The position numbers and the translations under genes were made by a program. Positions 49,354 to 60,456 of a DNA stretch of 64,000 bases are shown here, piece by piece. The stretch spans positions 1-64,000 of the forward strand of contig OZ223517.1 of NCBI GenBank assembly GCA_965140785.1, in the 5' to 3' direction. Each line of letters opens with the position of its first letter. The first letter of the stretch is position 1. Under the pieces are notes generated by a model, which ran no database searches, was not told where the DNA came from, and saw only the letters and a list, made by a program, of their open reading frames with translations. The stretch comes from an uncultured Ruficoccus sp. GTDB taxonomy: Bacteria > Verrucomicrobiota > Verrucomicrobiia > Opitutales > Cerasicoccaceae.

Positions 49354-51606
49354 ATGAAGCAAAAATACTCGGTCACCGCTGGTGACCTCGGAATCAATAT
49401 CTCGACGGGCTCTATCGCCAAGCAGGCCAGCGGCGCCGTCACGATCTCCCTGGGGGAAACGGAAGTTTTCGTCAGCGCCACCGCCGCCACCACCATGCGG
49501 CCCGGCCAGGACTTCTTCCCCCTGACCGTTGACTACCGCGAAAAGTTCTCCGCCGCCGGGCGTTTCCCGGGCGGGTACTTCAAGCGCGAAGGTCGCCCCT
49601 CCGAAAAGGAAATCCTGACCTCGCGCCTGTGCGACCGTCCCCTGCGTCCGCTCTTCCCCAAGGGCTTCCTCAATGAAGTGCAGGTCATCGGCATCCTGAT
49701 GACCACCGACCTGGTCAACGAGCCCGACGTGCTCATGGTCAACGGCGCCTCCGCCGCCATCATGTGCTCCGACATCCCCTGGGACGGCCCCATCGGCTGC
49801 ATCCGCCTGGGCGAAGTCGAAGGTGAGTTCGTGGTCAACCCGACCAACGAGCAGATCTTCGAGTCCACCCTCGACCTCATCTACGTCGGCAACGAGCAGG
49901 AAATGATGATGATCGAAGGCTCCGCTGACCAGATCAGCGACGAGCGCTTCGTCGAGGCCCTGGAGTTCGCCCATCAGGCCATCCAGCCCATCATCGCCGC
50001 CCAGAAGGACCTCGCAGCCCAGGTGGCCAAGGCCAAGAAGGAATTCGAGCTGCACAACGCCAAGCCCGAAATCCTCGACATGTGCCGCGAACAAGCCGCC
50101 GGCAAGCTCGCCGAAGCCGTCTTCCAGGACAAGAAGCAGGACCGCGAGGCCGCTGTGAACGCCCTTAAGGACGAGTGCGCGAAGTTCGTCGAAGAAAAGG
50201 TCGGGGAGGAAGAGTTCGACGAGAACCAGATCTCCATGGCCTTCGAAGTCCTTCAGGAAGAAGTTTACCGCCAGAACATCCTCGACTCCGGCAAGCGCGT
50301 CGATGGCCGCGGCCCCGAGGACCTGCGCGAGATCTCCTGCGAGACCGACGTGCTCCCCCGCGTGCACGGCTCCGCCCTCTTCCAGCGCGGTGAAACCCAG
50401 AGCGTGGTCAACATCACCCTCGGCACCACCCGCGACACCCAGGACCTGGACGGCCTCACCGGCGGCCCCCGCTCGAAGTCGTTCATCCTGCACTACAACT
50501 TCCCGCCCTTCTCCGTCGGCGAGTGCGGCCGCTTCACCGGCCCCGGACGCCGCGAGATCGGTCACGGTGCCCTGGCCGAGCGTTCGCTCCTGCCCGTGCT
50601 CCCGCCCGAGGACGAGTTCCCCTACGCCATCCGCGTGGTCTCCGACATCATGGAGTCCAACGGCTCGACCTCCATGGCCTCCGTCTGCGGCGGTACCCTC
50701 GCCCTGATGGACGCGGGTGTCCCGATCACCTCGCCCGTCGCCGGTATTTCCTGCGGCCTCGTCACCAAGACCGACGAGAACGGCAAGATCAACCAGCACG
50801 TCATCCTGACCGACATCCTCGGCGCCGAGGACCACTTCGGTGACATGGACTTCAAGATCTGCGGCACGAGCGAAGGCATCACCGGCTTCCAGCTCGACCT
50901 CAAGATCCACGGCCTGCCCTTCGACATCGCCAAGGAAGCGATCAAGCGCAACAAAATTGCCCGCGAGAAAATCCTCGAGGTCATGACGGCCGCCATCGCC
51001 GCTCCCTCCAGCGAACTGAAGGAATACGCCCCGCGCATCGAGACCCTCCAGATCGACCCGGAAAAGATCGGCATGCTCATCGGCCCCGGCGGTAAAAACA
51101 TCAAGCGCATCACCGAAATCACCGGCGCGCAGATCGACATCGCCGAAGACAACAGCGGTCGCGTCAATGTCTTCGCCACCGATGGCGAGAGCATGGCCCG
51201 CGCCGTCAAGGAAGTCGAAATGGTCACCGCCGAGATCGAAGACGGCAAGACCTACAAGGGCATTGTCCGCTCGACCAAGGAATTCGGCGCCTTCGTCGAA
51301 TGTCTCCCCGGCCAGGAAGGCCTCGTCCACGTTTCCGAACTGGCCGACTTCCGCGTCGAAAAGGTCGAGGACGTCTGCAAGGTCGGCGACGAAATCGTCG
51401 TCAAGTGCATCGGTCGTGACGACCGCGGCAAGGTTCGCCTGAGCCGCCGCGCCGCTCTCGCCGAAGCCCAGGGTATCCCCTACGAGCCCAAGCCCAAGCC
51501 CTCCGGCGGTGGTGACCGCGGCCGGGGCCGTGGTGGCGATCGCGGCGGACGTGGCGGAGACCGTGGTGGCCGTGGTGGCGATCGCCGTCGCCGCGACGAC
51601 GACTAG
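49354..51606 (+). CDS. pnp: Polyribonucleotide nucleotidyltransferase
   Basis: [27 protein letters not shown] and DHFGDMDFK motifs; KH and S1 domains. Confidence 0.98.
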   Translation: MKQKYSVTAGDLGINISTGSIAKQASGAVTISLGETEVFVSATAATTMRPGQDFFPLTVDYREKFSAAGRFPGGYFKREGRPSEKEILTSRLCDRPLRPLFPKGFLNEVQVIGILMTTDLVNEPDVLMVNGASAAIMCSDIPWDGPIGCIRLGEVEGEFVVNPTNEQIFESTLDLIYVGNEQEMMMIEGSADQISDERFVEALEFAHQAIQPIIAAQKDLAAQVAKAKKEFELHNAKPEILDMCREQAAGKLAEAVFQDKKQDREAAVNALKDECAKFVEEKVGEEEFDENQISMAFEVLQEEVYRQNILDSGKRVDGRGPEDLREISCETDVLPRVHGSALFQRGETQSVVNITLGTTRDTQDLDGLTGGPRSKSFILHYNFPPFSVGECGRFTGPGRREIGHGALAERSLLPVLPPEDEFPYAIRVVSDIMESNGSTSMASVCGGTLALMDAGVPITSPVAGISCGLVTKTDENGKINQHVILTDILGAEDHFGDMDFKICGTSEGITGFQLDLKIHGLPFDIAKEAIKRNKIAREKILEVMTAAIAAPSSELKEYAPRIETLQIDPEKIGMLIGPGGKNIKRITEITGAQIDIAEDNSGRVNVFATDGESMARAVKEVEMVTAEIEDGKTYKGIVRSTKEFGAFVECLPGQEGLVHVSELADFRVEKVEDVCKVGDEIVVKCIGRDDRGKVRLSRRAALAEAQGIPYEPKPKPSGGGDRGRGRGGDRGGRGGDRGGRGGDRRRRDDD

Positions 51607-51712
51607 GCGGGTTGCACCCGCTGGCAATGAAGGGCTTCGCCCTTACGGAGCCAAAAGGCTCCTATCCCGAGAGGGACACTGCCAGCCGATAGACACACAT
51701 TCTTTAGCAAAT

Positions 51713-51742
51713 CCCGGTTCCGCAAGGAGCCGGGTTTTTTTT
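51713..51742 (+). terminator. pnp terminator
   Basis: CCCGGTTCC-GCAA-GGAGCCGGG followed by T8. Confidence 0.8.
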
Positions 51743-51784
51743 ATTGTGTACCAGTCCCCTAGGTCAATCTACTCATCTTACATC

Positions 51785-52519
51785 ATGAATAAAGGGAAAG
51801 CGTTAGATCTGGAAAGCTCAGAAAAGCTCCTCGACGTGGTATTCGGCGTTGTTGTCGGCATCAGCCTACTCGAACTACCTGATGCCTTCGGTAAGGCCAT
51901 AACGACATCAACAATCCACGAGTGGAACCGCTCGATTCTGCTAATCGCCAGCCTAATTTATGTTGCCTTCTATTGGCTTGAAGGCAGGCACTTCATCGCA
52001 CTCCAAAACGAATTCAATAAAGAGTTCAATAAAACTAGAGAAAAATCAAATAACGGAATACCGCTCGACCTCTCCGTATTTTTGATCGGCTCCTTAACCT
52101 TAATGGCATTAGCCGCTGCACAGTTAACATTCTCTAATCAGGGAAATCTGTTAATGTTCTCTTACGCAGCCGCTTGCTTCTGGTTCCTTGATGTATTCGG
52201 AAGTGTCAATTACAGGCATGAATACAAGAAATATGAGACAAGTCTCAACCTCTCTGACTCTAGAAAAACAGATGCGGAACGATGGTATATCAGCCATATA
52301 TGCACTCCTTTTTTCTATTTTTACAGCTTATCAAACTTCGCCGTATATCTTACAGGAATCATCGCCATACAAGTGCTTCGACTCTCGCCAACTGGAGAGC
52401 TCTGCTTATGCTTTTTTTATTTATTCGTCTGCTTATTTAGACATCTATACGTTCGCTCGTACCTCTTGGAAAAAGTAACCGATCATTACGAAGAAAAAAT
52501 GAAACGAACAGACATATAA
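51785..52519 (+). CDS. AT-rich multi-TM membrane protein
   Basis: About six hydrophobic segments; starts with LLDVVFGVVV; low GC. Confidence 0.7.
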   Translation: MNKGKALDLESSEKLLDVVFGVVVGISLLELPDAFGKAITTSTIHEWNRSILLIASLIYVAFYWLEGRHFIALQNEFNKEFNKTREKSNNGIPLDLSVFLIGSLTLMALAAAQLTFSNQGNLLMFSYAAACFWFLDVFGSVNYRHEYKKYETSLNLSDSRKTDAERWYISHICTPFFYFYSLSNFAVYLTGIIAIQVLRLSPTGELCLCFFYLFVCLFRHLYVRSYLLEKVTDHYEEKMKRTDI

Positions 52520-52524
52520 ACTTT

Positions 52525-53322
52525 ATGCGAAACAAACCGCTTGCACTGATAACAAACGACGACGGCATCGACTCCTGGTTTCTGCGGACGCTGGTCGAGG
52601 CGATGCTGAACGATTTCGAGGTCGTGGTGGCCGCCCCGATGGGTGAGCAGAGCTGGATCGGTCGCGCCATGAGCCGCCGCCGCGAAGTCCACCTCGCCGA
52701 AAACGAAACCCTCGGCTGCAAAGCCTACGCGCTCGACGGCACGCCCAGCGACTGCGTCAACATCGCCCTCGGACACCTCATGGACGGACGCAAGCCCGAC
52801 GTGGTCTGCTCCGGCATCAACCTGGGCTACAACGCCTGCCTGCCGCTCATCCTCTCCTCCGGCACTGTGGCCGGGGCCATGGAGGGCGCCTTCTGGGGAC
52901 TGCCCGCCGTCGCCTTCTCCCACGTCATCCCGCAGGTGGACTTCGAGGCCATTCGCGAAAAGCACGGCCAGGCCGAAGGCGAGATGGCCGACTCCGTCCG
53001 TTGCTCCGCCGCGCTCAGCGTGGACATCGCCCTCTCCGTCCTCGGGCAAAAACCCGCCTCGCCCATCGTACACAACATCAACTTCCCCAAGCGCACCACC
53101 GCCGACAGCGAGGTCGTGCGCACCATCCCCTCCCCCATGCCGATGCACTCGCTCTTCCGGCGCGCGGCGGAGAGCAGCTTCACTTTCAACAAAGTCGAGC
53201 GCGAACCCGTTCCCGACGGCCAGCTCGACGACATGCAGGCGCTCAACAACGGCAAAGTCAGCCACACCGTCCTCGACCTCGCCGCCATCGCCGCCCCGGT
53301 GCCAACGTCCATCGAGAGCTAA
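52525..53322 (+). CDS. surE: 5'/3'-nucleotidase SurE
   Basis: ITNDDGI, GTPSDCV and SGINLG...SGTVAGAMEG motifs. Confidence 0.93.
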   Translation: MRNKPLALITNDDGIDSWFLRTLVEAMLNDFEVVVAAPMGEQSWIGRAMSRRREVHLAENETLGCKAYALDGTPSDCVNIALGHLMDGRKPDVVCSGINLGYNACLPLILSSGTVAGAMEGAFWGLPAVAFSHVIPQVDFEAIREKHGQAEGEMADSVRCSAALSVDIALSVLGQKPASPIVHNINFPKRTTADSEVVRTIPSPMPMHSLFRRAAESSFTFNKVEREPVPDGQLDDMQALNNGKVSHTVLDLAAIAAPVPTSIES

Positions 53323-53407
53323 GCCAAGCTGCCCCCAAACGACAGGCATAGAGAACCGGACCTGGACTTTCCCGCGCCCGCTTCCCCTTATCGCCTTTTT
53401 CGGCCAC

Positions 53408-53438
53408 AAAAAAAGCGCCTCCAACTGGAGGCGCTTTT
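53408..53438. terminator. Bidirectional terminator
   Basis: AAAAGCGCCTCCA-AC-TGGAGGCGCTTTT between convergent genes. Confidence 0.8.
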
Positions 53439-53478
53439 GCGTAAATAACAGGATAACCGTAAACAAACCGCTTACCGC

Positions 53479-54249
53479 TTACTTGCGAAAGCGACGGCGC
53501 AGAGCCACGAAGGCCAGGGCCAGACCGCCAGCAATAGCAGCGTAGGTGGAAGGCTCCGGAACAACGTTCCCCAATATCTGGACATTGTCGATATTCAGAG
53601 TGTTGGAAGCCCCCAGACCGCTCACCGTGCCACGGATGAAGAACTCGCTGCCCGCGCCTGCGGCGGTCAGGTCAACGGATTCGGCGATACCACCGGAGCT
53701 TTCGGAAGCGGTGATATCCTGGCTGCCGAGGCTGAGCCATCCACCTTCAGTATTGAAGGAGATTTCCCACAGGATGCTGACGGTGATGCCCCCACCGTTT
53801 GTGATGGACACACCATATGTCAGCGCCTCCGGATCATAGATATCGCCACCCGACAGAGCATTCACGGCAAACGTAATGGAGCTGCCATTGGCAAGCGGCA
53901 TCAGCTGCATAGCTGTGTTATTGAGTGGCAGTTCATCCAACGGGCCACGATCATCGGAGCTCGACAGAGAGCGGTTTTTGTCAACATCTGAGAATTTCAC
54001 ACCCACAGAGTTGTCGATAAAACCGTTCTGCAATTCGGAAGAGCCATACTGGCCATCCATATGAAGGGTCGCATTCGCGCTCCCCCCCATATTCGCGTCA
54101 CCGGTCACGTCCGACCAATTGGATTCCACCGTGAGATCGGTGTAGGTAAAGTTACCGAAATCCCATCCAGCAACTAGGATAGAGGCGTGGGCGGATATAC
54201 CGCTAGCCACTGCAAGGACTGATAAGGCAATCGTCTTTTTAAGATTCAT
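53479..54249 (-). CDS. PEP-CTERM surface protein
   Basis: Signal peptide; C-terminus VPEPSTYAAIAGGLALAFVALRRRFRK. Confidence 0.93.
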   Translation of the reverse strand: MNLKKTIALSVLAVASGISAHASILVAGWDFGNFTYTDLTVESNWSDVTGDANMGGSANATLHMDGQYGSSELQNGFIDNSVGVKFSDVDKNRSLSSSDDRGPLDELPLNNTAMQLMPLANGSSITFAVNALSGGDIYDPEALTYGVSITNGGGITVSILWEISFNTEGGWLSLGSQDITASESSGGIAESVDLTAAGAGSEFFIRGTVSGLGASNTLNIDNVQILGNVVPEPSTYAAIAGGLALAFVALRRRFRK

Positions 54250-54320
54250 GTTGGTAATTGTTTTTCTGGGCAGTCTGGCGGAATCAACCGCCAGACTGCG
54301 GTTAAGCGTAGAGTATCGAA

Positions 54321-55898
54321 TTAGTCGAGGTTCTGAGCGGCGGCATTATCAACCAGCACACCACGCAGGTTCAGGGCCGTCCAACCGGTGGTGAACAGCG
54401 GAGCCAGAGTATCCGGCGGGAACGCTCCGATGTAGTTGACGGAGCTGAAGAAGGTGTTCGTCACCGGCACGCCGGCGGCAGGCAGAATCACAGCGCCGCT
54501 GAGCGGAACCGGGTTCAGGCCATTGGATACGGTCTGGTCATTGGCGAGACCGCCATTGGCAGCGCCAAAGAGCGGGTTGGTACCGACAACGTTCTTCTGC
54601 GCACCGGGGGTGATCCCCGTGTTGTTGTTCAGGAAGGCATCGGCAATGGAGTTCGCACCGATGTTGTTGGCGACGTTACCGGCCACATTGTACCAGAGGG
54701 TACCGGCGACATTCAGCGTACCGGCCTGAGCGCGAGCCTGCGGGTTGAGCGAAGGGAAGCCGACCGTGGTGGACAGCGTGCTGGCGCTGGTCTGAATATT
54801 GAAGACGTCCGTCTTAGTGCCGCCGTAGGCAAGGATCGAGTTGAAGAAGTTACCACCGAAGCCTTCCTTCATGTCGAGAAAACCGCCGAAGTCGTTGCTG
54901 TTCGGGCCGAACATGGTGATGTTGTAGATCGTGGGGCAACCGAAAGGCTGACCGGCAGGTACAATGTTGGCCGGGTCTTCACCGTCCCACTCACCCAGCT
55001 TGTCAGCGGAGATGCCGCTAGCGTTGGGAGTGTAGTTGCTGGCGATGATGAAGCCAAATTGAACGAGACCGGTATAACCCTGGTCCAGGTCGAGGCCGTC
55101 ATCGTCGAAGTAGCTAAGTATGAAGTACTTCAGATTTGCGGTACCACCAAATATTTCGATGCCATCGTCACCGGAGCAGTAGATGTCGATGTGGTCCAAG
55201 CGAGTGCCCGAACCGACGCCGCCGAGGGTCAGGCCCTGCTGTTCTTCGTCCGGGTCGGTGGTATTACCGGTGTGACGGATCGAGACATAAGCGATGCTGC
55301 CGCTGCTGTCATTGGGCAGAAGACCGCCATAGATAGTGCGGGAGTCATTCTGGGTGTAACCTTCGATGTAGGCGGTACCAGCTACACCGGTGGGGCTGCT
55401 GCTGCGGTTGACAGTCGAGTAGCCCAACAGGGTAACGGCGCCCCAGAGGTTGACATTGTCGTTGGTACCGTCACTCGGGGGGAGCGGGGCAGTCTTGGGA
55501 TCGGCGTCCAGGAAGGCATCACCCGTTGTCCAACGCTCGCGGTTGGTGTCAGCGGCAGTCGTGAAAATGATCGGAGAGCTGGGAGTACCCACAGCGTAAA
55601 TTTCGCCCCCGCGGGTAACCACGAGGCTGCCCGGCACGTCAGAAGCCGACAGCTGCGGCTGACCGCGCACAATCGTACCAGGTTGGATGGTCAGGGTCAC
55701 ACCCGGCATGACGAAGGTGTTCCCCTGCAGGATGTATTCATTATCCGAGGTCAGCGTCATATCCTCGGTGATATTGTATTCACCAACAGAGGGGCTGGTG
55801 ATTTCCGAAAAGGTCGCATTGTCCAAAGAAACAATGCCGGCAAATGCGGAGCCAGCCATCAGGACCGAACTTGTTAATAGCGTAAGCTGTTTGTTCAT
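54321..55898 (-). CDS. Secreted beta-helix-like protein of the TBDR-associated type
   Basis: Signal peptide; LTIQPGT, PIIFT, GLTLGGVGSGT, DDGIEIFGG and DDGLDLDQGY motifs. Confidence 0.8.
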   Translation of the reverse strand: MNKQLTLLTSSVLMAGSAFAGIVSLDNATFSEITSPSVGEYNITEDMTLTSDNEYILQGNTFVMPGVTLTIQPGTIVRGQPQLSASDVPGSLVVTRGGEIYAVGTPSSPIIFTTAADTNRERWTTGDAFLDADPKTAPLPPSDGTNDNVNLWGAVTLLGYSTVNRSSSPTGVAGTAYIEGYTQNDSRTIYGGLLPNDSSGSIAYVSIRHTGNTTDPDEEQQGLTLGGVGSGTRLDHIDIYCSGDDGIEIFGGTANLKYFILSYFDDDGLDLDQGYTGLVQFGFIIASNYTPNASGISADKLGEWDGEDPANIVPAGQPFGCPTIYNITMFGPNSNDFGGFLDMKEGFGGNFFNSILAYGGTKTDVFNIQTSASTLSTTVGFPSLNPQARAQAGTLNVAGTLWYNVAGNVANNIGANSIADAFLNNNTGITPGAQKNVVGTNPLFGAANGGLANDQTVSNGLNPVPLSGAVILPAAGVPVTNTFFSSVNYIGAFPPDTLAPLFTTGWTALNLRGVLVDNAAAQNLD

Positions 55899-55974
55899 TT
55901 AGTGTATCTAGTTAGGGTTATGAAGAAAGAGTCTGCATTGTAGGGCTAGCGTGCGACACCCCGATGGCATACGT

Positions 55975-55992
55975 GTTACAATATCGTGACAA
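55975..55992 (-). promoter_or_regulatory. PHO-box-like tandem repeat
   Basis: Minus strand TTGTCAC-GATA-TTGTAAC with 11-bp period, about 77 bp upstream of the ATG at 55898. Confidence 0.55.
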
Positions 55993-56264
55993 AGACTCGG
56001 GCAGGATGCGCCTCACGAAGCGCGACCGGGCCGATAGGCCCGATAATCATCCGTTTTCCACTGTTCAATTGTCCGCCCGAACGACATCCGGGAAGCACAT
56101 TTAGGATGAAGTCCTGACATGAAAGGAATAACTCCGGATTCGCCTAAAAGCCTGAGGCGGGCTGGATCAGACGATAATTTATAGCCCGGAAGAGAAGCCT
56201 CTTAAACGGAACAGGAATAAAAATAATCGAAGAAAAGCGGTGGTTCTGAGCCCAAAAACTCACC

Positions 56265-59200
56265 CTAGAACGTGTACTCCAGTGCGAAACGATAGCTCTG
56301 TCCGACACGATAACTTGCTCGGTTTACCGTACTGTTTGTGAGACTCTGGTCGTAAATTATACCCCTCGGGCTGTCGGTGATATTCTCGACCGAAAATTTA
56401 AAAACGAGGTTATCCGTAATGTTTTGGTTAAACGTCAAATCGAGTTCGTAGAAGGAATCGGTAAATTGATCGATGCTCAGGTCGGCGCCGGAACCAACGG
56501 CGGAAAGCACCTCGCTCTGCGAGAAATATGAAAGCGTAATGGCTGTTCCCCAATCGGGATTATTGTAAGTGATATACGCATTTATAATCCACTCCGGCTG
56601 GTCAAAAAGCCGCCGGGTAGTAGGCAGGTTCTTGTTACCGTAAGGCGGCCCGTCCCCCCCTACGAAAGGTCCAGACACATTGGAATCACCCGAGCCCGTT
56701 GTGCCGAAGAAATTAAAATAACTGTCAAGCACGTTTTGGGGATAGCCGACTTTGGCATCGATCATACTATAGTTAGCCCCGATAGAGAAATTCTCCAGTT
56801 CATCGGTGATGAAGCTCAAGCCCGTGACCGCCTCAAACTCCAGACCCTTAACGGTAGCCGTATTCGGGTTGTTAAAAAAGGTAAGAATCGATTGGTCCGT
56901 CTGCTGATCGACGATGACGATCTGCTCAATCGGGTTCTGGATCGTTTTATAGAATGCCGAAACCGATACCATCCCTTGGTCCCAGAAATGATACTCAAGC
57001 TTCACGTCCATGCTTTCGACGTCAGAGAGCTTGAGCTGAGTATTACCCATGACGACGTCTCCAGTACCCAGCTCACGAGAGAAATACGGTGAAAGCTCAC
57101 GGAATGACGGCTGGGCAATCGTCTGGGAATACCCGGCACGCAAAACCCACTCGTCGGTAATATCGTAAGTCACCGTTACGGCTGGTAGCGCGTAGAGCCG
57201 ATTGATATCACCGGGCTCGCTGGCGTCAGTAAATCCAATCAGCTGCCCATTCGTAATCCCGTCGTTAGGATTCGATCCCAATGCGCGTTGATCAAGGACA
57301 TCCTGCAGCGTAACAAAAGGCGTGAGCTGGGCATTCCCGGTGGAATCGATTTGAAGATTACCAAAACGGGCTCCCCCCGTAATCCGGAAACTGTCCGTCA
57401 GGTTAAACTGCATCGTCGTATAGCCGGCCAACTCCATACGGCGGTTATCAGCGAACGACGCAAAAGCCTGGGCAGAGGTACTGTTGGAGCCGAGCAGCGA
57501 ATCGACTGCGTCCTGCATCGATCCGGTCGGTGTCGTTTGTCCGGCAGATATCTGGGTATCAATCTGGTTGGTAGTACGCTCAGCCAGATTCCAAAAACCG
57601 CCCCATTTGACTGCCCCTGAAAGCCAATCCGAGCCGGAATCGTCCCAGTTGTAGTTAAAGTCGCTCCGGGCTCCGTAGGAGTCTTCGTTGATCAACCGCC
57701 AAGTCTCCAACATCGCTGGTTCCGATCCCCCCACGTTCTGTTGGGTATCGAAAAAATAGCCAGGGGTGTTGCCGGTCGAGCCAGTATCATACACGTATGT
57801 CGTGACGGATTCGTGTGGCGTGTTGCTGGTCGTGTTGGCGATGGTCGCCCCCCATGAAGCTTCGAGATCATCCAGTTCGTCGAAAAGATGATTGCCGCCA
57901 ATCTGGTAAACATACAGTTCCCGCTGCTCGTAGGAAATCGTGTCCTCAGTCAGCGTCAGTGAGTCATTGCCGCCGCGCCCGATGATGTTACGGGCTGTCT
58001 GGCCGAAGAAGGGCACGCCCCAGCCGCGGTCACGCAACTGGTTGGCTGGAGCCGCAAAAGAATTGAAGCCGGGGGGCAGATAGCCGTTATCCTTACGCTG
58101 GACGAAGTCATTGCCCGATAAACTGGCCAGGAAGTTGAACCACACCCGATTATCACCTTCAGGATCGAGGTCATAAGTCAGTCCGGTCAACATGCTGATC
58201 AAGACATTAGCCTCTGACTGGGTGACATCAAAATGCAGTGCGCTGGCTGACAGTTCCTTGAGATAAAGCGAGCCCGGCGCGTTGTTAAAAGTCGGGCTGC
58301 CAAATCCCGGAGGAGCCAGCACGTACTGACTGGGCAGGGCGTAGCGGTTCTGCTGCTCCCCAAACTGCGTCGTATAGGAACTATCATAAGTGCTGGAAAA
58401 GATAAACCCAAGGCGGCGGTTGTTGAATTCCGTGGAGCCGGATACACCAGCGCCAAAAGTTAGCCCCAAAGGGGCGGAGGCGGTTATGGGCACCACATTA
58501 TTACTGGTGCTGGCACGAATTTGGGAGATCGGAGCATTTGGATTGGGAGGGGGTGGACGATTATGAGCACCATCGGCCAACACATCGTCAAACCCTGAGG
58601 AAGGATCCTCTAAATAGCTGTCCAGAGCATTCGAGTTAAACCGAAAACCACCCTTGAACCAGACAACCGTCTCGTCCGTCGGGGTTTTGGTATTCAATTC
58701 AAAAGCAGCCCCGGAAGAGTTACTGGGCATATTCGGCAGGAAATCCTTGTTGGTAACCACACTGGAAATAATGGAGGTCGGAAACAGGTCTAGTTGGAGC
58801 CCTTGGCGAACCGGGTCCGGACTGGGTACCGGCAGCCCGTTGAGCAGCGTACTATTGTAGCGGTCCCCCAGACCACGCACGACGGCGAACTGGCCCTCGA
58901 CCACGGTCACCCCCGGCATGCGCTGAATGATGTCCGCGACATCGGTACCTCCGAATTTCGCGAAATCTTCCGAGGAAAGGTAATCAATCGAACCGGAAGA
59001 CTCGCGCTTGAGGTTCTCCAGAAATGAGACACTGTTGCTATCGGAACTCGCGGTCACCTCGAAGGCTTCCATGTCAAAAATGTCACTGGCTGTTTCAGCC
59101 GCCTTCAGGGGAAGCACGTAATCGGCCTGGGTGGTTTTACCGGCGGTCACTTTCACCTCGCGTAGCGTGGAGTATTCATAGCCGGTCTGAGAGAAATCGA

Positions 59201-59522
59201 TAGAATAGGTTCCTGTCGGGATATTCTCGAATCGATATGCGCCCTCTTCATCCGTGCTGGCCACCCGCTTGCGCAGGTTTTCGGTAGAGAGCTCCTCCTT
59301 AAGTACCTCCGGCCAATTCAGCACGACATTCACCCCCTGTATCGGATCTCCGCTTTTCATGTCGTAGACATGTCCCTCGACCACGCCGCTATCCAGCCCC
59401 TGGGAGGATTGAGACGCAGTGGGAGCTGCCTCTTGGGTTGGAGCGGGAGCTGAGCTCTCTGCCTGGACGTTAGCAATCAGCGGAAACACAGCGACGCATA
59501 GCAATCCCAGCAGGGGCTTCAT
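56265..59522 (-). CDS. TonB-dependent receptor with N-terminal carboxypeptidase-regulatory-like domain
   Basis: Plug motif VRGLGDRYNSTLLNG, QPSFREL, and terminal YRFALEYTF; start uncertain (59522-59612). Confidence 0.92.
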   Translation of the reverse strand: MKPLLGLLCVAVFPLIANVQAESSAPAPTQEAAPTASQSSQGLDSGVVEGHVYDMKSGDPIQGVNVVLNWPEVLKEELSTENLRKRVASTDEEGAYRFENIPTGTYSIDFSQTGYEYSTLREVKVTAGKTTQADYVLPLKAAETASDIFDMEAFEVTASSDSNSVSFLENLKRESSGSIDYLSSEDFAKFGGTDVADIIQRMPGVTVVEGQFAVVRGLGDRYNSTLLNGLPVPSPDPVRQGLQLDLFPTSIISSVVTNKDFLPNMPSNSSGAAFELNTKTPTDETVVWFKGGFRFNSNALDSYLEDPSSGFDDVLADGAHNRPPPPNPNAPISQIRASTSNNVVPITASAPLGLTFGAGVSGSTEFNNRRLGFIFSSTYDSSYTTQFGEQQNRYALPSQYVLAPPGFGSPTFNNAPGSLYLKELSASALHFDVTQSEANVLISMLTGLTYDLDPEGDNRVWFNFLASLSGNDFVQRKDNGYLPPGFNSFAAPANQLRDRGWGVPFFGQTARNIIGRGGNDSLTLTEDTISYEQRELYVYQIGGNHLFDELDDLEASWGATIANTTSNTPHESVTTYVYDTGSTGNTPGYFFDTQQNVGGSEPAMLETWRLINEDSYGARSDFNYNWDDSGSDWLSGAVKWGGFWNLAERTTNQIDTQISAGQTTPTGSMQDAVDSLLGSNSTSAQAFASFADNRRMELAGYTTMQFNLTDSFRITGGARFGNLQIDSTGNAQLTPFVTLQDVLDQRALGSNPNDGITNGQLIGFTDASEPGDINRLYALPAVTVTYDITDEWVLRAGYSQTIAQPSFRELSPYFSRELGTGDVVMGNTQLKLSDVESMDVKLEYHFWDQGMVSVSAFYKTIQNPIEQIVIVDQQTDQSILTFFNNPNTATVKGLEFEAVTGLSFITDELENFSIGANYSMIDAKVGYPQNVLDSYFNFFGTTGSGDSNVSGPFVGGDGPPYGNKNLPTTRRLFDQPEWIINAYITYNNPDWGTAITLSYFSQSEVLSAVGSGADLSIDQFTDSFYELDLTFNQNITDNLVFKFSVENITDSPRGIIYDQSLTNSTVNRASYRVGQSYRFALEYTF

Positions 59523-59644
59523 CCCCCCCGAAAAACGTTCTGTAAAATAGTGTCTTAAATGTTGCATCAGTAGCTTTAGGTATGGCCAACAGGACGACCT
59601 TCGCACTCGCATGAAGAGAGCAGCTCCTCACTGGCGCAGGGCCG

Positions 59645-60451
59645 CTACAGGACAGGCACAGGATGCTGCTGCTCGTAGTTCAGCACCTCTTTTCTGATTT
59701 TGGTCTCGGCTGCCTCGGCATTTTCGAGCCCCGCCCAAGAAATACGAGTTATGACATATCCGTTTCGATCGACGATCACGACGGGCCACTTTTCAGGATG
59801 ATGGGCCCAGGCATGTTGATAACCTTTGGAAAGAAAATACATCATCGTTGGGGCCGTAGGCGGATTGGCCTCCATATCCGCATCCATCTCATCCTTGGTA
59901 GCATCCAGCGGGACGATAAGGGGTTGTACCCGGCAGACTGGGTCCACCACGGAATTTTGGCTCATTCCGGCAATTAGCTGCGAGAAATTCTCCCACTGCA
60001 GCCCACCGATGTCGGCGTAGGCAATGGCGTAATATCTGCCTGTGTCATACTGCCCAGGTGTGCATTGCAAACGTGTCTCGGGATCGAAAAACGACCGTGA
60101 GATCAAGCTGGAAAAAAGCCCTCCATCTTCCTCTCTGGATCCGGGAACCACTGTCTTCGCCTGCTCGTAAAAATCAGTAACGTCAGGATCCAGCCGCATG
60201 AGCCCGTAACGTCCGAAGTCAACGAGGATAACATCCTCCTCTGCACGAATAAACACACCTCGACGGCCCTCCTGCAAGGTCTCATCAGTGGGAGAAACCA
60301 CCGGCTGCACAAGGGCAACAGATTCGGGCCAGTAATCCGAGCTACTCAGGTAATCGACTGCCCGTGTCTCTTCAGCCCATAGGCCGGGTTGAGATAGTCG
60401 CAGCGCGCATATCAAGAAGGGCACGAGTGATTTGACTCTCAAAGTTTTCAT
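59645..60451 (-). CDS. Hypothetical exported protein
   Basis: Signal-like N-terminus; in operon context. Confidence 0.6.
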   Translation of the reverse strand: MKTLRVKSLVPFLICALRLSQPGLWAEETRAVDYLSSSDYWPESVALVQPVVSPTDETLQEGRRGVFIRAEEDVILVDFGRYGLMRLDPDVTDFYEQAKTVVPGSREEDGGLFSSLISRSFFDPETRLQCTPGQYDTGRYYAIAYADIGGLQWENFSQLIAGMSQNSVVDPVCRVQPLIVPLDATKDEMDADMEANPPTAPTMMYFLSKGYQHAWAHHPEKWPVVIVDRNGYVITRISWAGLENAEAAETKIRKEVLNYEQQHPVPVL

Positions 60452-60456
60452 AAAAA

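Noticed and set aside
51505..51606. RGG/GGDR repeats at the PNPase C-terminus
   Set aside because: Low-complexity tails are common on PNPases.
48646..51627. 993-aa minus-strand ORF
   Set aside because: Antisense shadow of pnp/rpsO caused by high-GC codon bias; the same applies to most long overlapping ORFs between 23 and 53 kb.
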